The notes below the pieces were generated by a model. The model worked only from the letters and a program-made list of their open reading frames with translations. It was not told where the DNA came from and searched no databases. The position numbers and the translations under genes are program-made. DNA of 31,365 nt from a virus (lineage: Duplodnaviria; Caudoviricetes), in IMG/VR virus record IMGVR_UViG_3300012231_000036, positions 1 through 31,365 of that record, one strand, 5' to 3'. Shown here one piece after another: positions 17,712 to 27,055 of the stretch. The stretch's first letter is position 1. Each line of letters begins with the position of its first letter.

Positions 17712-18262
17712 ACGAGGCGCAAAGAAAGAAGTTTGAGGAGGATTGGGAATTGTCTGGCTACGGAAGCAATACGTTTATCAGCTACAATGCAGTTATTGAC
17801 CTTGTCGATTCCGTCCTCTCCGTATCAGATGGGTGGATAGACGAGAAGGAACGATTACCAAAGCATTACGGGAACGTCCTTGCTCTGTGCCAATATGGAG
17901 TTGGGATTGCACACCGAACAAGAGTCACGCTCGATAATGGTGAAGTAGTCGAGGGGCTCAAGTGGGTATATCGACCAGAGAATGATAAAAGTTATTCAGA
18001 TGGCTTGAGCGCATCGTATCGCACAACTCACTGGATGCCTCTCCCAAGCCCACCGAAGGACTCACCAAGTTCAGATGGGTTGGAACACTCTCAGCACAAA
18101 TGCGGGTGTGAGGAAATAGATGCAATCCATAAAGAAGAATGGGAAAAGCAACACACAATCATCAAAGCGTACAGGGAGGTTTTACAAAATGTGGTGGGCA
18201 ACAAAGGGGCTTGGTGGATTGAAGCGAAGGAAGTCCTCACTCGCATGGAGGAGGAGGGATGA
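17708..18262 (+). CDS. DUF551 domain protein
   Basis: WIDEKERLP...VL...THWMPLPSPP. Confidence 0.8.
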   Translation: MNEAQRKKFEEDWELSGYGSNTFISYNAVIDLVDSVLSVSDGWIDEKERLPKHYGNVLALCQYGVGIAHRTRVTLDNGEVVEGLKWVYRPENDKSYSDGLSASYRTTHWMPLPSPPKDSPSSDGLEHSQHKCGCEEIDAIHKEEWEKQHTIIKAYREVLQNVVGNKGAWWIEAKEVLTRMEEEG

Positions 18263-18480
18263 CAACGATTCCACTTGGTAAGTTTTACCGAGATGCAGAC
18301 GGCAATCGTCTTAGTGGTGCGGTGAACGCTTTGGTGTTTGGATTCTGGTACATAGCGTTCTCAAGAGTAACCTATGCCAAGTTTTCCAAATCTACATACT
18401 GGTTTGAAGAAAGACATCATACAAAGGAGAATGAAAAACCACTTGAACGCTTGCCCCACAAACTACCGGAGGTGAAATGA
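18259..18480 (+). CDS. Hypothetical protein
   Basis: 73 aa, GGAGG RBS, ATGA overlap. Confidence 0.6.
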   Translation: MTTIPLGKFYRDADGNRLSGAVNALVFGFWYIAFSRVTYAKFSKSTYWFEERHHTKENEKPLERLPHKLPEVK

Positions 18481-18683
18481 TTGACCCAGCGTCAGCACAA
18501 GACGGTGATGGCATGTTGCTTCTCATAGCAATGCTTCCAGTGATCGGATTCTTCGTGTTGGTAATTCTTGTGGGCGTGGGGCAGGGGATTTATGAATCTA
18601 TCCAACGACGCAGAGCGTGGGCAAAATTTAATCCACACCACGAGTCCGTGAGTTCCCCGAATCGTAAACAGGAGAAAGTATGA
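18477..18683 (+). CDS. Single-TM protein
   Basis: 68 aa, GGAGGT RBS. Confidence 0.65.
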   Translation: MIDPASAQDGDGMLLLIAMLPVIGFFVLVILVGVGQGIYESIQRRRAWAKFNPHHESVSSPNRKQEKV

Positions 18684-18894
18684 CCAATAGATTCATCGTA
18701 ATACTCATAGTGTTTTTCATCTTTATGACATTGATGGTGTTCTTGGTTGACGATGACTCGCACTTTGACGCAAGAGGTGGAAACCCAGCTATTCCAGCCG
18801 ATACGCTCGACCACGCCACAGGAAAAGTTAAAAAGGGACGGTGGAAGAATCCGACTGATTCGGTAAACTTTTATCGGGGAGTTGTCAGATGAAA
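18642..18894 (+). repeat. Direct repeat copy 2 (253 bp)
   Basis: Match to 17094-17346. Confidence 0.95.
18680..18892 (+). CDS. Membrane-anchored small protein, copy 2
   Basis: Paralog of 17132-17344. Confidence 0.7.
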   Translation: MTNRFIVILIVFFIFMTLMVFLVDDDSHFDARGGNPAIPADTLDHATGKVKKGRWKNPTDSVNFYRGVVR

Positions 18895-19407
18895 CTCCTC
18901 GCCCTTCTCCTTCTCGCCCAGTGTGTAGGGTTCTCGCAACCAGATTCATGCAATCATGTTTCTACCGGACAATGCGTTGGGTATTCAGCGTCTAACGTGG
19001 TTGAATGTGTGTGTGGAAAGTGCGGACGATTGTTCCAACCGCCCTACGAAGGGAGATTGTGGGACTATGGACGGGGGACAAAGGTACTCCCACAGCCACC
19101 CGCACGACCATACGAACCAAAGTGTGGAGAGATTCTATGGTACGCTGGAATGAAAGGACGTTACAACTGCACGACAAGGATGTTTGAAGTAATCGACATG
19201 GAATCGAATTGTTGCGCCGACAGTCTCATCGTGTGGTGGGAGGAGTATGTCGTTGCAACAAAGAACGATTCCATGCTTGTGCACTATGGACGGGTTTTGT
19301 ATGGGGGTGGCTTCTTACCACAACAGTTTCAGGCCCCGCCAAGTTGGGAAAAAGTTTATCCATCATTTGGCGGCTTCATGGACTGGCTCAAGCGGAGAAA
19401 GCCATGA
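18889..19407 (+). CDS. Cys-rich secreted protein
   Basis: Signal peptide MKLLALLLLAQCVGFSQ; multiple Cys. Confidence 0.65.
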   Translation: MKLLALLLLAQCVGFSQPDSCNHVSTGQCVGYSASNVVECVCGKCGRLFQPPYEGRLWDYGRGTKVLPQPPARPYEPKCGEILWYAGMKGRYNCTTRMFEVIDMESNCCADSLIVWWEEYVVATKNDSMLVHYGRVLYGGGFLPQQFQAPPSWEKVYPSFGGFMDWLKRRKP

Positions 19408-19544
19408 CCCAATCTGAGCGCATACGCCAAGCGTGTGCCAAACTCAGCGACCATGAGGATCGCAAGCCATTCTCATTGAGTACGTTGGATGTGGTCAAGA
19501 TAGTGAAGGCTGAGATTAGGAAAAGTAAGAAAAAGGCAAAATAG
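19404..19544 (+). CDS. Small basic protein
   Basis: MTQSERIRQACAKL..., GGAG RBS, ATGA overlap. Confidence 0.55.
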   Translation: MTQSERIRQACAKLSDHEDRKPFSLSTLDVVKIVKAEIRKSKKKAK

Positions 19545-19547
19545 TTC

Positions 19548-19576
19548 TTGACTTTTACATAATTAATCACGTTATT
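19548..19576 (+). promoter_or_regulatory. Putative promoter for the SSB-NinG operon
   Basis: TTGACT-17 bp-GTTATT in an AT-rich gap. Confidence 0.4.
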
Positions 19577-19601
19577 AAATAACACAAACAAGGAGCAAGT
19601 C

Positions 19602-20000
19602 ATGCCGCATATCAATGAGTTCAAACAGTCGAAGTTTTTGAAGAAAGAGGATGTAGGTTCAGGAGTCCAGGTTACAATCTCTGGTGTGTCTGAGTTGAAC
19701 GTAGCCAAAGAAGGTGCAGAGCCGGAATTGAAATGGTGTCTGACCTTCCATGAGACCGAGAAGCCGATGGTCTTGAACTCAACCAACGCTCAGATCATAG
19801 CCAAATCTTTAGGCTCAGAGCAGACCGACGACTGGCATGGAAAGAAGATCGTCCTATACAATGACCCGAATGTTTCATTTGCGGGTAAGGTCATGGGTGG
19901 AATCAGGGTTCGTGCGCCACAGATTCAGGCTGCGCCGAAGATAGGTGGAGCGAATAGTCCGTCCGTGTTTGGGGCAGACGTAAACCCCTTACCCTTCTAG
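19602..20000 (+). CDS. Putative single-stranded DNA-binding protein
   Basis: SKFLKKEDV...KPMVLNSTN...DDWHGKKI.LY...V.F.G...GGIRVR conserved phage family; C-terminal LPF tail. Confidence 0.6.
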   Translation: MPHINEFKQSKFLKKEDVGSGVQVTISGVSELNVAKEGAEPELKWCLTFHETEKPMVLNSTNAQIIAKSLGSEQTDDWHGKKIVLYNDPNVSFAGKVMGGIRVRAPQIQAAPKIGGANSPSVFGADVNPLPF

Positions 20001-20004
20001 GCTT

Positions 20005-20274
20005 ATGAACATAGTCGATAACGCCAAACGACGACCACGCTACCTTAGTTCCGGTAAGGGGAGGGAGATATTGGACGAGTACATCCCCTTAGCTGTGGCT
20101 GCGATCAAGTCTGAGGTCAACATAAGCCAGGTCAGGCAAGAGTTAAAGGAGAGGCCTGAGTTGGTGGACTTCAACTGTGACCACATGATGGCTATACATT
20201 TACTGTGGAGAACGCTAATTAAGGCGTGTCAGGAAGGGAAAATTCATATCATGGTAACGGGCGACCTCGAATGA
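20005..20274 (+). CDS. Hypothetical protein
   Basis: 89 aa. Confidence 0.6.
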   Translation: MNIVDNAKRRPRYLSSGKGREILDEYIPLAVAAIKSEVNISQVRQELKERPELVDFNCDHMMAIHLLWRTLIKACQEGKIHIMVTGDLE

Positions 20275-20675
20275 AGCGCAACCTTGAGCGAGAGCGTAAG
20301 CGCAAACAGAGGCGCAAGCTGAAACAGAAGCAGTTGCCATATCTGAAATTGCTCAAGTTGGCCGATGCCGTGTTCTCCAAGTGGATAAGGGTCAGGGATG
20401 ATTGGAAATGTTTGATATGCGGAGCAACAGAGCAGATTCAGAACGGGCATCTCATCCCCAGAGGCAACAAGGCGGTCAGATTCGATCCCTACAACTGTTC
20501 AGCAATTTGCTCATTTTGTAATTATAGGGACAATTATTGGCACTTCTATTACGAGGTTGCGTTTCTGAAACGATACGGGGCAGAGGAGATGGTAAAATTA
20601 TCAGAGAGGGCTAATGTCAAAATCAAACTCACGCGGCAAGACCTCGAAGAAATCATCAGAAAGTATTCCCTGTAA
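20271..20675 (+). CDS. ninG: NinG/Rap-family HNH recombination nuclease
   Basis: FSKWIRVRD...CLICG...NGHLI.RG...RFD..N...C..CN. Confidence 0.85.
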   Translation: MKRNLERERKRKQRRKLKQKQLPYLKLLKLADAVFSKWIRVRDDWKCLICGATEQIQNGHLIPRGNKAVRFDPYNCSAICSFCNYRDNYWHFYYEVAFLKRYGAEEMVKLSERANVKIKLTRQDLEEIIRKYSL

Positions 20676-20824
20676 CCATGTCCCAGTTGAACTTTATGTT
20701 GAGTTTGAAGGCAAGAAATACCCGAATTGTTCAGTCCGAGGTTATCCCATGATACGGTGTCAGATATGCGATAGTTTTGGGGAGAGGCGTGGGGAGGATT
20801 TGGTGTGGTCAAAGGAGAAAAAAT

Positions 20825-20968
20825 ATGAATGAATTGCTTGAATTAATCAGAACTGGGCTAATCATCTATTGCGTTGGTACAATCGCGGGCTTCATTTTGT
20901 TTGTCGTAGCCATGAGGCGTGGATGGATTGAGAAGTTTATGAACTACATCTTTCGCTTAGACAAATAA
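20825..20968 (+). CDS. Small single-TM protein
   Basis: AAGGAG RBS; MNELLELIRTGLIIYCVG... Confidence 0.55.
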   Translation: MNELLELIRTGLIIYCVGTIAGFILFVVAMRRGWIEKFMNYIFRLDK

Positions 20969-21249
20969 TGCTCTGTGCCCGATGCAACAACAAATTTTCG
21001 CCAGACCAGAAATACTTCGTCCTGTGCAGAGAATGTTATGAGGAAGTCGGGATATATGCAGACCCGACAAGTTCAAAGATGTGGTCAGCCGTGAGTACGT
21101 TAATCAACACGAAGCTATCTCATTTAGACATTAAAACTTTGGCAGATTCAACCGCGTTCCCAAGCTTTGTCAGAGAGGTGTTGGTCGAGATGGACTTAGA
21201 TTCAAAAATATTGTATCTCAAGAAGCTGATTAAGGAAGCCCAAGCATGA
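20968..21249 (+). CDS. Zinc-finger hypothetical protein
   Basis: CARC...LCRECY. Confidence 0.65.
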   Translation: MLCARCNNKFSPDQKYFVLCRECYEEVGIYADPTSSKMWSAVSTLINTKLSHLDIKTLADSTAFPSFVREVLVEMDLDSKILYLKKLIKEAQA

Positions 21250-21635
21250 ACGGTAGAGAATTGGTTATCGAATTCATCCGTCGCCGCGACCTTCACTTCC
21301 CCAAGTCCCCGTATGTCCCACTTTGGGGGCGAGACTGTAAAATACTCATGGCTATCCGTGACGTGTTGGGCGAGAACGAAATGTTCGACAGGGTGGATGC
21401 GTACTTTTGCGACAACGCCGAGTTCTGCATGATAAACGGTTGGTCTATCCCCGTATTCAAGAGCAGGGTTAATCAATACGATAAACTGATCGCGTCACAG
21501 GCGAGAATGTTAGCTGAGAGCCGGAAATCACGTCAGCACATGAACGAATTACCTGGTCGTGAACGTGAGGCAAGTAAAAGTGAGCCACATTCGTTTGAAT
21601 CACTGATTAAGCAATTCATAAATAAAACTGAGTAA
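21246..21635 (+). CDS. Hypothetical protein, weakly resembling C-terminal domains of phage replication initiators
   Basis: W.RD.K.L...VDAYF....F....GWSI..F...VNQ pattern; resemblance only. Confidence 0.55.
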   Translation: MNGRELVIEFIRRRDLHFPKSPYVPLWGRDCKILMAIRDVLGENEMFDRVDAYFCDNAEFCMINGWSIPVFKSRVNQYDKLIASQARMLAESRKSRQHMNELPGREREASKSEPHSFESLIKQFINKTE

Positions 21636-21637
21636 TC

Positions 21638-21838
21638 ATGGCTTATACCAATGACGAGATTATGAACATGAAACCGCTAGACTTCGTTGGCCGTAAGAAG
21701 ACATTCCCCAAGCATACCGTCTTGGTCACATTCCCTGATGGTAACTTGATGAAAGTGTACCCAGAAGAATACACGTGGGATGAGGCTGAGTCGAAAAGGA
21801 TAGTTCAGTCGTTGCAGAATATTGCGAGGAGATTATGA
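21638..21838 (+). CDS. Hypothetical protein
   Basis: 66 aa. Confidence 0.6.
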   Translation: MAYTNDEIMNMKPLDFVGRKKTFPKHTVLVTFPDGNLMKVYPEEYTWDEAESKRIVQSLQNIARRL

Positions 21839-22101
21839 CCGATTATTTTGTGGAAATAGCATTACCCGTATTTACTCTTATATTGCCCGTCATTGGGTGG
21901 GTGATTGGCGACCACTTGGAGGCAAAGAAATATTCGAGAAAAGAAAACTATCACATCAAATCTTCTTCAATAAACGGCAAAACTTATTACGAGGTACGTG
22001 GGGAAGTTTTTTTGAACAAAGGATTGGCAGAGGAATGGGTGGATGCGCAAGCAGATAAATATGTCAGGAAACTATTGACTACATATAGTGGCAAGTTATG
22101 A
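21835..22101 (+). CDS. N-terminal TM protein
   Basis: 88 aa, GAGGAG RBS, ATGA overlap. Confidence 0.65.
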   Translation: MTDYFVEIALPVFTLILPVIGWVIGDHLEAKKYSRKENYHIKSSSINGKTYYEVRGEVFLNKGLAEEWVDAQADKYVRKLLTTYSGKL

Positions 22102-22370
22102 AAATATTGATGCTATTTGGTTTGGTTCGATTGATAACAAGCATTTGGATTGCAGACCCATGTCCCAACAATGTAAACCGTAAACGTGACGAACCTATCT
22201 ATGGATGCCTTGCGATTCATGGACACACCCGAATAGATACGAGTTATGTGACGATGGATTGGATTTATCAAAACTACGCTCACCCCCAATTCTCAGCAGA
22301 TTCAACGGAGTGTCGTGTCAAAGAATCGGGCTATGGGCTTGACCCAGATATTTTCTTCATAAAGCCATGA
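22098..22370 (+). CDS. Putative exported protein
   Basis: Hydrophobic N-terminus; ATGA overlaps. Confidence 0.6.
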   Translation: MKILMLFGLVRLITSIWIADPCPNNVNRKRDEPIYGCLAIHGHTRIDTSYVTMDWIYQNYAHPQFSADSTECRVKESGYGLDPDIFFIKP

Positions 22371-22750
22371 CCGACCCTGAAATCAAATCCTGGTCTAAGC
22401 TCCCATCTATGGCGGTACAGTTCTTCCAAGTTACTCCCCGTAGGAGTGCCATGTTGATGTACGCCTTTACTGGCGTGAGAGGGATTGTGTTAGAGCCGAA
22501 CAAGCAGAGGACAGGTAAGACCGCACTCACCAACGCCATGATCGCAGCCAAGTATCTCAATAGCGAGTGGCAGACGTGGGCGGAGATTAGGGCTAAGTCT
22601 AATCTGACCAAGAAGCAGATGTTCAACGCAGGCAGAGTCCTAATCTGGATGAGCATAGTCGAAGGCAGACACGCACCCAAAGTCATGGGCAATCTCAAGC
22701 AGTACAAATTAACTGAGTATGGGGTGAACTATCTCAAGAACAGATTATGA
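22367..22750 (+). CDS. Putative winged-helix DNA-binding protein
   Basis: WQTWAEIRAKSNLT...QYKLTEYG wHTH-like pattern. Confidence 0.55.
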   Translation: MTDPEIKSWSKLPSMAVQFFQVTPRRSAMLMYAFTGVRGIVLEPNKQRTGKTALTNAMIAAKYLNSEWQTWAEIRAKSNLTKKQMFNAGRVLIWMSIVEGRHAPKVMGNLKQYKLTEYGVNYLKNRL

Positions 22751-22947
22751 GATACCGCGTTCTCCAAACATATTTATTCATCGAATGGCTATACTCATGG
22801 CTAATCCGTATCACGTGGGTAGTGTTTGGGTATATATTGCCTGTGGCGATACTGGCGTGGGTGTTGTGGACGTGGCATGAACAGGAAGTGAGATTGGCTG
22901 AGAAACGGGGTGAATGGAAAATGTATCAACGTATGAGGGTGAAATGA
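22747..22947 (+). CDS. Membrane protein
   Basis: 66 aa, one TM. Confidence 0.6.
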   Translation: MRYRVLQTYLFIEWLYSWLIRITWVVFGYILPVAILAWVLWTWHEQEVRLAEKRGEWKMYQRMRVK

Positions 22948-23909
22948 AATTATACGATAAATATATACGCTTCAAAGACTGGGCGGGTGAAAAAATCAAT
23001 GGCACATCACTGAATGTGGACTTGGTGAACTATTGCAGTTTGCACTGTCACAGTTGCGCTCTCGGCTCTATCGGGGTCAAGCGCAAAGGTCAGATGCCAT
23101 TCGAGAAGTTTGTTAAGATACTGGACAAGGCACAGTCCGAGACAAAGATTCGTCACCTTCAAGCGTATATGTATTCAGACGCGGCGTTGCACCCAGAACT
23201 TGACAGATTTATCGCTGAATGTAGTAAGCGTAAGATCAAGACATGGTTAAGTACAATGGGCGAGGCAACTAAGTGCGATTGGGCTAAGGTAATCGAAGCA
23301 CGTCCTACTGAAATGCGCATATCAATGAGTGGCTGGGAAAATATGAGTTACTACCAGACAGGCTCAAACCCAGACGTGTTTGACAAGAACTTCGCTTATC
23401 TGATGACCCTGCCTCGTTACAAGGAAACAACGTGGTCGTTACTGTTCCAATGGTACAGAACCAACGACCATGAATACGAACGAGCAGAAAAGTTAGCCAA
23501 AGACAACAACTTGAAGTTCGTCCCCATAAAAGCTATATTCATGCCGTTGGAGAAGTTCGTTGACCAGACATACACAAAGCAAGATCGTGAGATAATTTCG
23601 CACATGTGGGAGTCACCAGAGGAAGCAGCCAAGACCATGAAGCGGAGCAAGTCTTGCCTCAACTGGAAACAGGTTGCGATTGACGCTAACGGGGACGTGT
23701 TCCTCTGTCAGTTGGTCTTTGAGGATAGATTCAAGTTGGTCAACTACTTGGACTATCCATTGAAAGAGATTAAGAAGATGATGAGAGAACATGACTTCTG
23801 CGACAAGTGCTTGAAATGCGGAGCGAATGAATTGCAATTTTGTTACTCAGAAATTACGAAGTCAAAAGACCCGCAGGGAGAAGCGGATAAGAAACGAAGG
23901 TTACATTAA
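22944..23909 (+). CDS. Radical SAM protein with SPASM/twitch-like C-terminus
   Basis: CSLHCHSC; LHP; C...IDANGDVFLC...CDKC. Confidence 0.88.
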   Translation: MKLYDKYIRFKDWAGEKINGTSLNVDLVNYCSLHCHSCALGSIGVKRKGQMPFEKFVKILDKAQSETKIRHLQAYMYSDAALHPELDRFIAECSKRKIKTWLSTMGEATKCDWAKVIEARPTEMRISMSGWENMSYYQTGSNPDVFDKNFAYLMTLPRYKETTWSLLFQWYRTNDHEYERAEKLAKDNNLKFVPIKAIFMPLEKFVDQTYTKQDREIISHMWESPEEAAKTMKRSKSCLNWKQVAIDANGDVFLCQLVFEDRFKLVNYLDYPLKEIKKMMREHDFCDKCLKCGANELQFCYSEITKSKDPQGEADKKRRLH

Positions 23910-23944
23910 TTCACCATGTTCAACATTCACACAAGGAGTAAGTT

Positions 23945-24460
23945 ATGGAAACAATATTAGATGTGCTTGAAGTTCGGAAGGCCGTTCCAAACGTAAAATA
24001 TGCACAGAAGTTGAAAGATTGTGGTTTCCCCGCTTCTGTTGAGGGGTATGCTCAAATTTCTCTCGCAAATATCCGAGCATACTTAACAAAACTTGCCATT
24101 CAACGTAGTGGGAAATTTATAGTCGAAGTCTTTGATAAACACTTCGCATTTCGTGACCACGGGTATATTGAAACGGGGTATCATTTGAGTGGTAGGCGTA
24201 GTCTTTGGACAGAAACGCGGAGAGAGATAACATGGAGAGAGGAAAATATAAACGTCCAAACATTCTTCCCACCGGAACATGTCTTAGATTCAATACAAAG
24301 AGCAAAGAAAGATTTTGACCAAATAAAGATTGTCACTATCGAAGAACGAGAAATTCCTCCCGTTCCAGACCCGCTTGTGGTTGGTCTAAAGAACGGTGAC
24401 GACACTCGTTATCTTATCGACTGGTGGGACACAGACATTGACCCGTCTGAACTGGTATGA
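23945..24460 (+). CDS. Hypothetical protein
   Basis: 171 aa, AAGGAG RBS, PDPLVVG...YLIDWWD C-terminal motif. Confidence 0.75.
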   Translation: METILDVLEVRKAVPNVKYAQKLKDCGFPASVEGYAQISLANIRAYLTKLAIQRSGKFIVEVFDKHFAFRDHGYIETGYHLSGRRSLWTETRREITWREENINVQTFFPPEHVLDSIQRAKKDFDQIKIVTIEEREIPPVPDPLVVGLKNGDDTRYLIDWWDTDIDPSELV

Positions 24461-24765
24461 TCCTCCGTCCTCTTGCACGTATCATCTTTCGCTTGCGGAG
24501 AACTCTGACCGCCCTGACGCCCCTCGGCGCAACTTCAGCCATGTATTTAGCTTGGGATAAATGGCCATCGCCATATCAGGAGATTGCGCTTGTGGTAGTC
24601 CCGGCTACGCTGTTCGTGGTCTATCACTTTGATAAGCGATACTCAATCCCGATGGAAGCTGAATTGAGTCTGAGGGATAATCCAGAGTGGATAAAGCTAA
24701 GTCGTAAAATTGACATATTGTTGAACAGGTCAGTTAAGGAAAGGGGTAAGCATGAATCTGTTTAG
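24457..24765 (+). CDS. Two-TM membrane protein
   Basis: 102 aa, ATGA overlap. Confidence 0.65.
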   Translation: MILRPLARIIFRLRRTLTALTPLGATSAMYLAWDKWPSPYQEIALVVVPATLFVVYHFDKRYSIPMEAELSLRDNPEWIKLSRKIDILLNRSVKERGKHESV

Positions 24766-25099
24766 GATTGTGGGTGTGAGCCTGCTTATTTGGCTTAGCT
24801 ATTGGGAGATTGAGAGGGAAAAAATGGCTTGCAATGGTGGCCTGGGGGATAGATTGCCACATGACGGAGAAGAAATAGCCGATGTTCGCATTGTCGAGGG
24901 CACGTTTCAAGACAAAAGAATATATTTTGTTGACTGGCAAGACAATGATGGCTTGTGGTATCGCCCACTTTTCGACGGATATGATATACACACACCCTCT
25001 CGTGCCTATAGAAAAATTAACGAGGCTGAAAAATACAAAGCCGAACTACTTGCTCGGCGCAACCATAAAGATGTGGAGAACGAAACGGTGGAAAAGTGA
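24752..25099 (+). CDS. Hypothetical protein with N-terminal anchor
   Basis: 115 aa. Confidence 0.6.
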   Translation: MNLFRIVGVSLLIWLSYWEIEREKMACNGGLGDRLPHDGEEIADVRIVEGTFQDKRIYFVDWQDNDGLWYRPLFDGYDIHTPSRAYRKINEAEKYKAELLARRNHKDVENETVEK

Positions 25100-25734
25100 G
25101 ACAAATAAACAAATGGTCGGGTCAGTTCACGGCTTCATTGCCAGCCCTCAACAATAAGCACAGACTCAGGCAAATCCGTAATTTTATCGGGGTGAATAGT
25201 TACAAGGGTGACTTTGTTCTTGACATTGGGGCTAAGAATTTCATATCTGAATCACTTGGCATTACTCAGAACACGCGAGGCGATCTAAACAAAGGCGTTG
25301 TTGCGCCCCTTGCATCTTACAAGTTCATCACGTGCTTGGAAGTCCTGAACCACGTTCAGCAGGATTTGACCCTGTTGGAGGGCATACATGGCTTGTTGGA
25401 GGACGGGGGAACGCTATATCTCTCCACCCCCGCACTTGGAATGTTCGCATATAGTCACGGAAAGGGTAATTACAAGGAGTTAAAGGTCAGAAATACTTTG
25501 ATGCTTCTTGAATTGTGTGGGTTTAAGGTCATCCGCAAGAAGATTTTGACCTGTTACCCGTTCTTGTTCATATTCTATGGCTTCCTCCAACCTCTACGGT
25601 GGTTCAAACCATTCCCAGGCGATACCATTCACCATGCTGGCGCACCCAAAGCCAAGTGGTACTTCTTCGGGACTCGCCCAATCTTGAAGTGGCTCTTGCA
25701 TAGGTATGTGATTATCGAGGCGAGGAAGGTATGA
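25096..25734 (+). CDS. Class I SAM-dependent methyltransferase
   Basis: VLDIGA, ITCLEVLNHV, LLEDGGTLYLSTP. Confidence 0.85.
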   Translation: MRQINKWSGQFTASLPALNNKHRLRQIRNFIGVNSYKGDFVLDIGAKNFISESLGITQNTRGDLNKGVVAPLASYKFITCLEVLNHVQQDLTLLEGIHGLLEDGGTLYLSTPALGMFAYSHGKGNYKELKVRNTLMLLELCGFKVIRKKILTCYPFLFIFYGFLQPLRWFKPFPGDTIHHAGAPKAKWYFFGTRPILKWLLHRYVIIEARKV

Positions 25735-26684
25735 ACTACCGTAATTGGTTCGCCTACAATTACCTTGAGCAAGCCATCGGTAGCCGTCTTTACGGTGTCA
25801 ATGTCGGTGTTAACATCTTGGGGAATGGTCATTGTAATTTACATTGTCCAAGTTGCCCTGTGGAGAACTTCGCCTTTCCCAAAGCCGGACTGATGGACAT
25901 AGCCACGTTCAGGAAAGTCTTGGATAAGTTAGAACGTGAATTAGTCATTCGTAATCTGTGGCTGTCCGAATACTCTGAACCACTCCTTCACCCAAATTGC
26001 CATGAGTTTGTTCAGGAATTAACTAATCGTGGCATGACCTCGTTCATATCCTCACATTTGAACAATCTCTTGAGGATTGACAAGGTATTTGACGCTGGCT
26101 TGAAGAAACTCCGCATATCCTTGTCGGGTTTCACTCAGGAGTTCTATGGGTATTATCATGGCGGGGATATTGAGCGAGTCAAGAAGAACATGGTGGCTAT
26201 ATCCAAAATGCCCCACCAAGCAGAAGTCACGGTGTATTTCCACAAGTACAAGGACAATCAACACGAACTCCCCTTGATGAGGGATTATGCGCACTCGTTA
26301 GGATTCAAGTTTGAGTCGTGCTTCGCTTATTACCGTCCGTTGGAGAAAGCATTGGATTACGTCAATGGCGTACCCATCCCAGACAAGGATCGCGCATTAA
26401 TCGAAAGACTGAATCACTCCATCCCAGAAACATTGGAGAGGGCGAGAAAGACCAAAACGCCGTGTCGTGGGTACAGCAAGCACCTTGAAATCCTATCTGA
26501 TGGGACAGTCCCAGTCTGCTGTCATACGGTTTACGAGGATAACAAGTTGAAGATTAATGGCAAGAAGCTGAGTTTCCTTGACACCCCACTAGCCGTAATC
26601 AGAAAGATTCAGCGAGAGATGCCGATTTGCGATGGGTGTATTAAGAAAGGATTCCACGTTGTCCTATTCCATGACGTAGCGTGA
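25731..26684 (+). CDS. Radical SAM protein with SPASM/twitch-like C-terminus
   Basis: CNLHCPSC, SEPLLHP, C...ILSDGTVPVCC...CDGC. Confidence 0.9.
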   Translation: MNYRNWFAYNYLEQAIGSRLYGVNVGVNILGNGHCNLHCPSCPVENFAFPKAGLMDIATFRKVLDKLERELVIRNLWLSEYSEPLLHPNCHEFVQELTNRGMTSFISSHLNNLLRIDKVFDAGLKKLRISLSGFTQEFYGYYHGGDIERVKKNMVAISKMPHQAEVTVYFHKYKDNQHELPLMRDYAHSLGFKFESCFAYYRPLEKALDYVNGVPIPDKDRALIERLNHSIPETLERARKTKTPCRGYSKHLEILSDGTVPVCCHTVYEDNKLKINGKKLSFLDTPLAVIRKIQREMPICDGCIKKGFHVVLFHDVA

Positions 26685-27055
26685 AGGTAGTCCTTAAACT
26701 CTCGGTCTTGGCTATACTCATTATTATCTATGCCAAATATGGCGATTATACCAACATCCCAAGAGTTGACGAGTTCTTTAGAATGTTTGAAGGTGATACT
26801 TGGTCAAACTTCGTGGCGTTGCTTGGAGCGGAACTGGTTGTACTTGGGGTTGGGTTTGCTTTGTTCTGGGATGATATTAAGAGACATAGGTTGGTCAGAT
26901 ACATCGTTCCAACTTTCGTGGTCACGGTATTCGTTATATACCATTTCTTCGGGGTAACGTGGGTGAAGTATGTGCCGAAAGAGAGGCAGAAGGGTACGTT
27001 CTATTTCTACAACAAAGCCGATACCACACAAAAATTGATTCTGAAATACCAGTGA
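26681..27055 (+). CDS. Three-TM membrane protein
   Basis: GTGA overlap; three hydrophobic stretches. Confidence 0.65.
   Translation: MKVVLKLSVLAILIIIYAKYGDYTNIPRVDEFFRMFEGDTWSNFVALLGAELVVLGVGFALFWDDIKRHRLVRYIVPTFVVTVFVIYHFFGVTWVKYVPKERQKGTFYFYNKADTTQKLILKYQ

Noticed and set aside
17094-18894. Possible DGR template/variable repeat pair
   Set aside because: Mismatches are mixed (C/T, G/A, C/G, T/G, A/C) rather than adenine-specific on either strand; no reverse transcriptase in the window
20614-20832. 72-aa Cys-containing ORF after ninG
   Set aside because: Possibly real, but its start overlaps ninG by 62 bp with no clear RBS; boundaries unsupported
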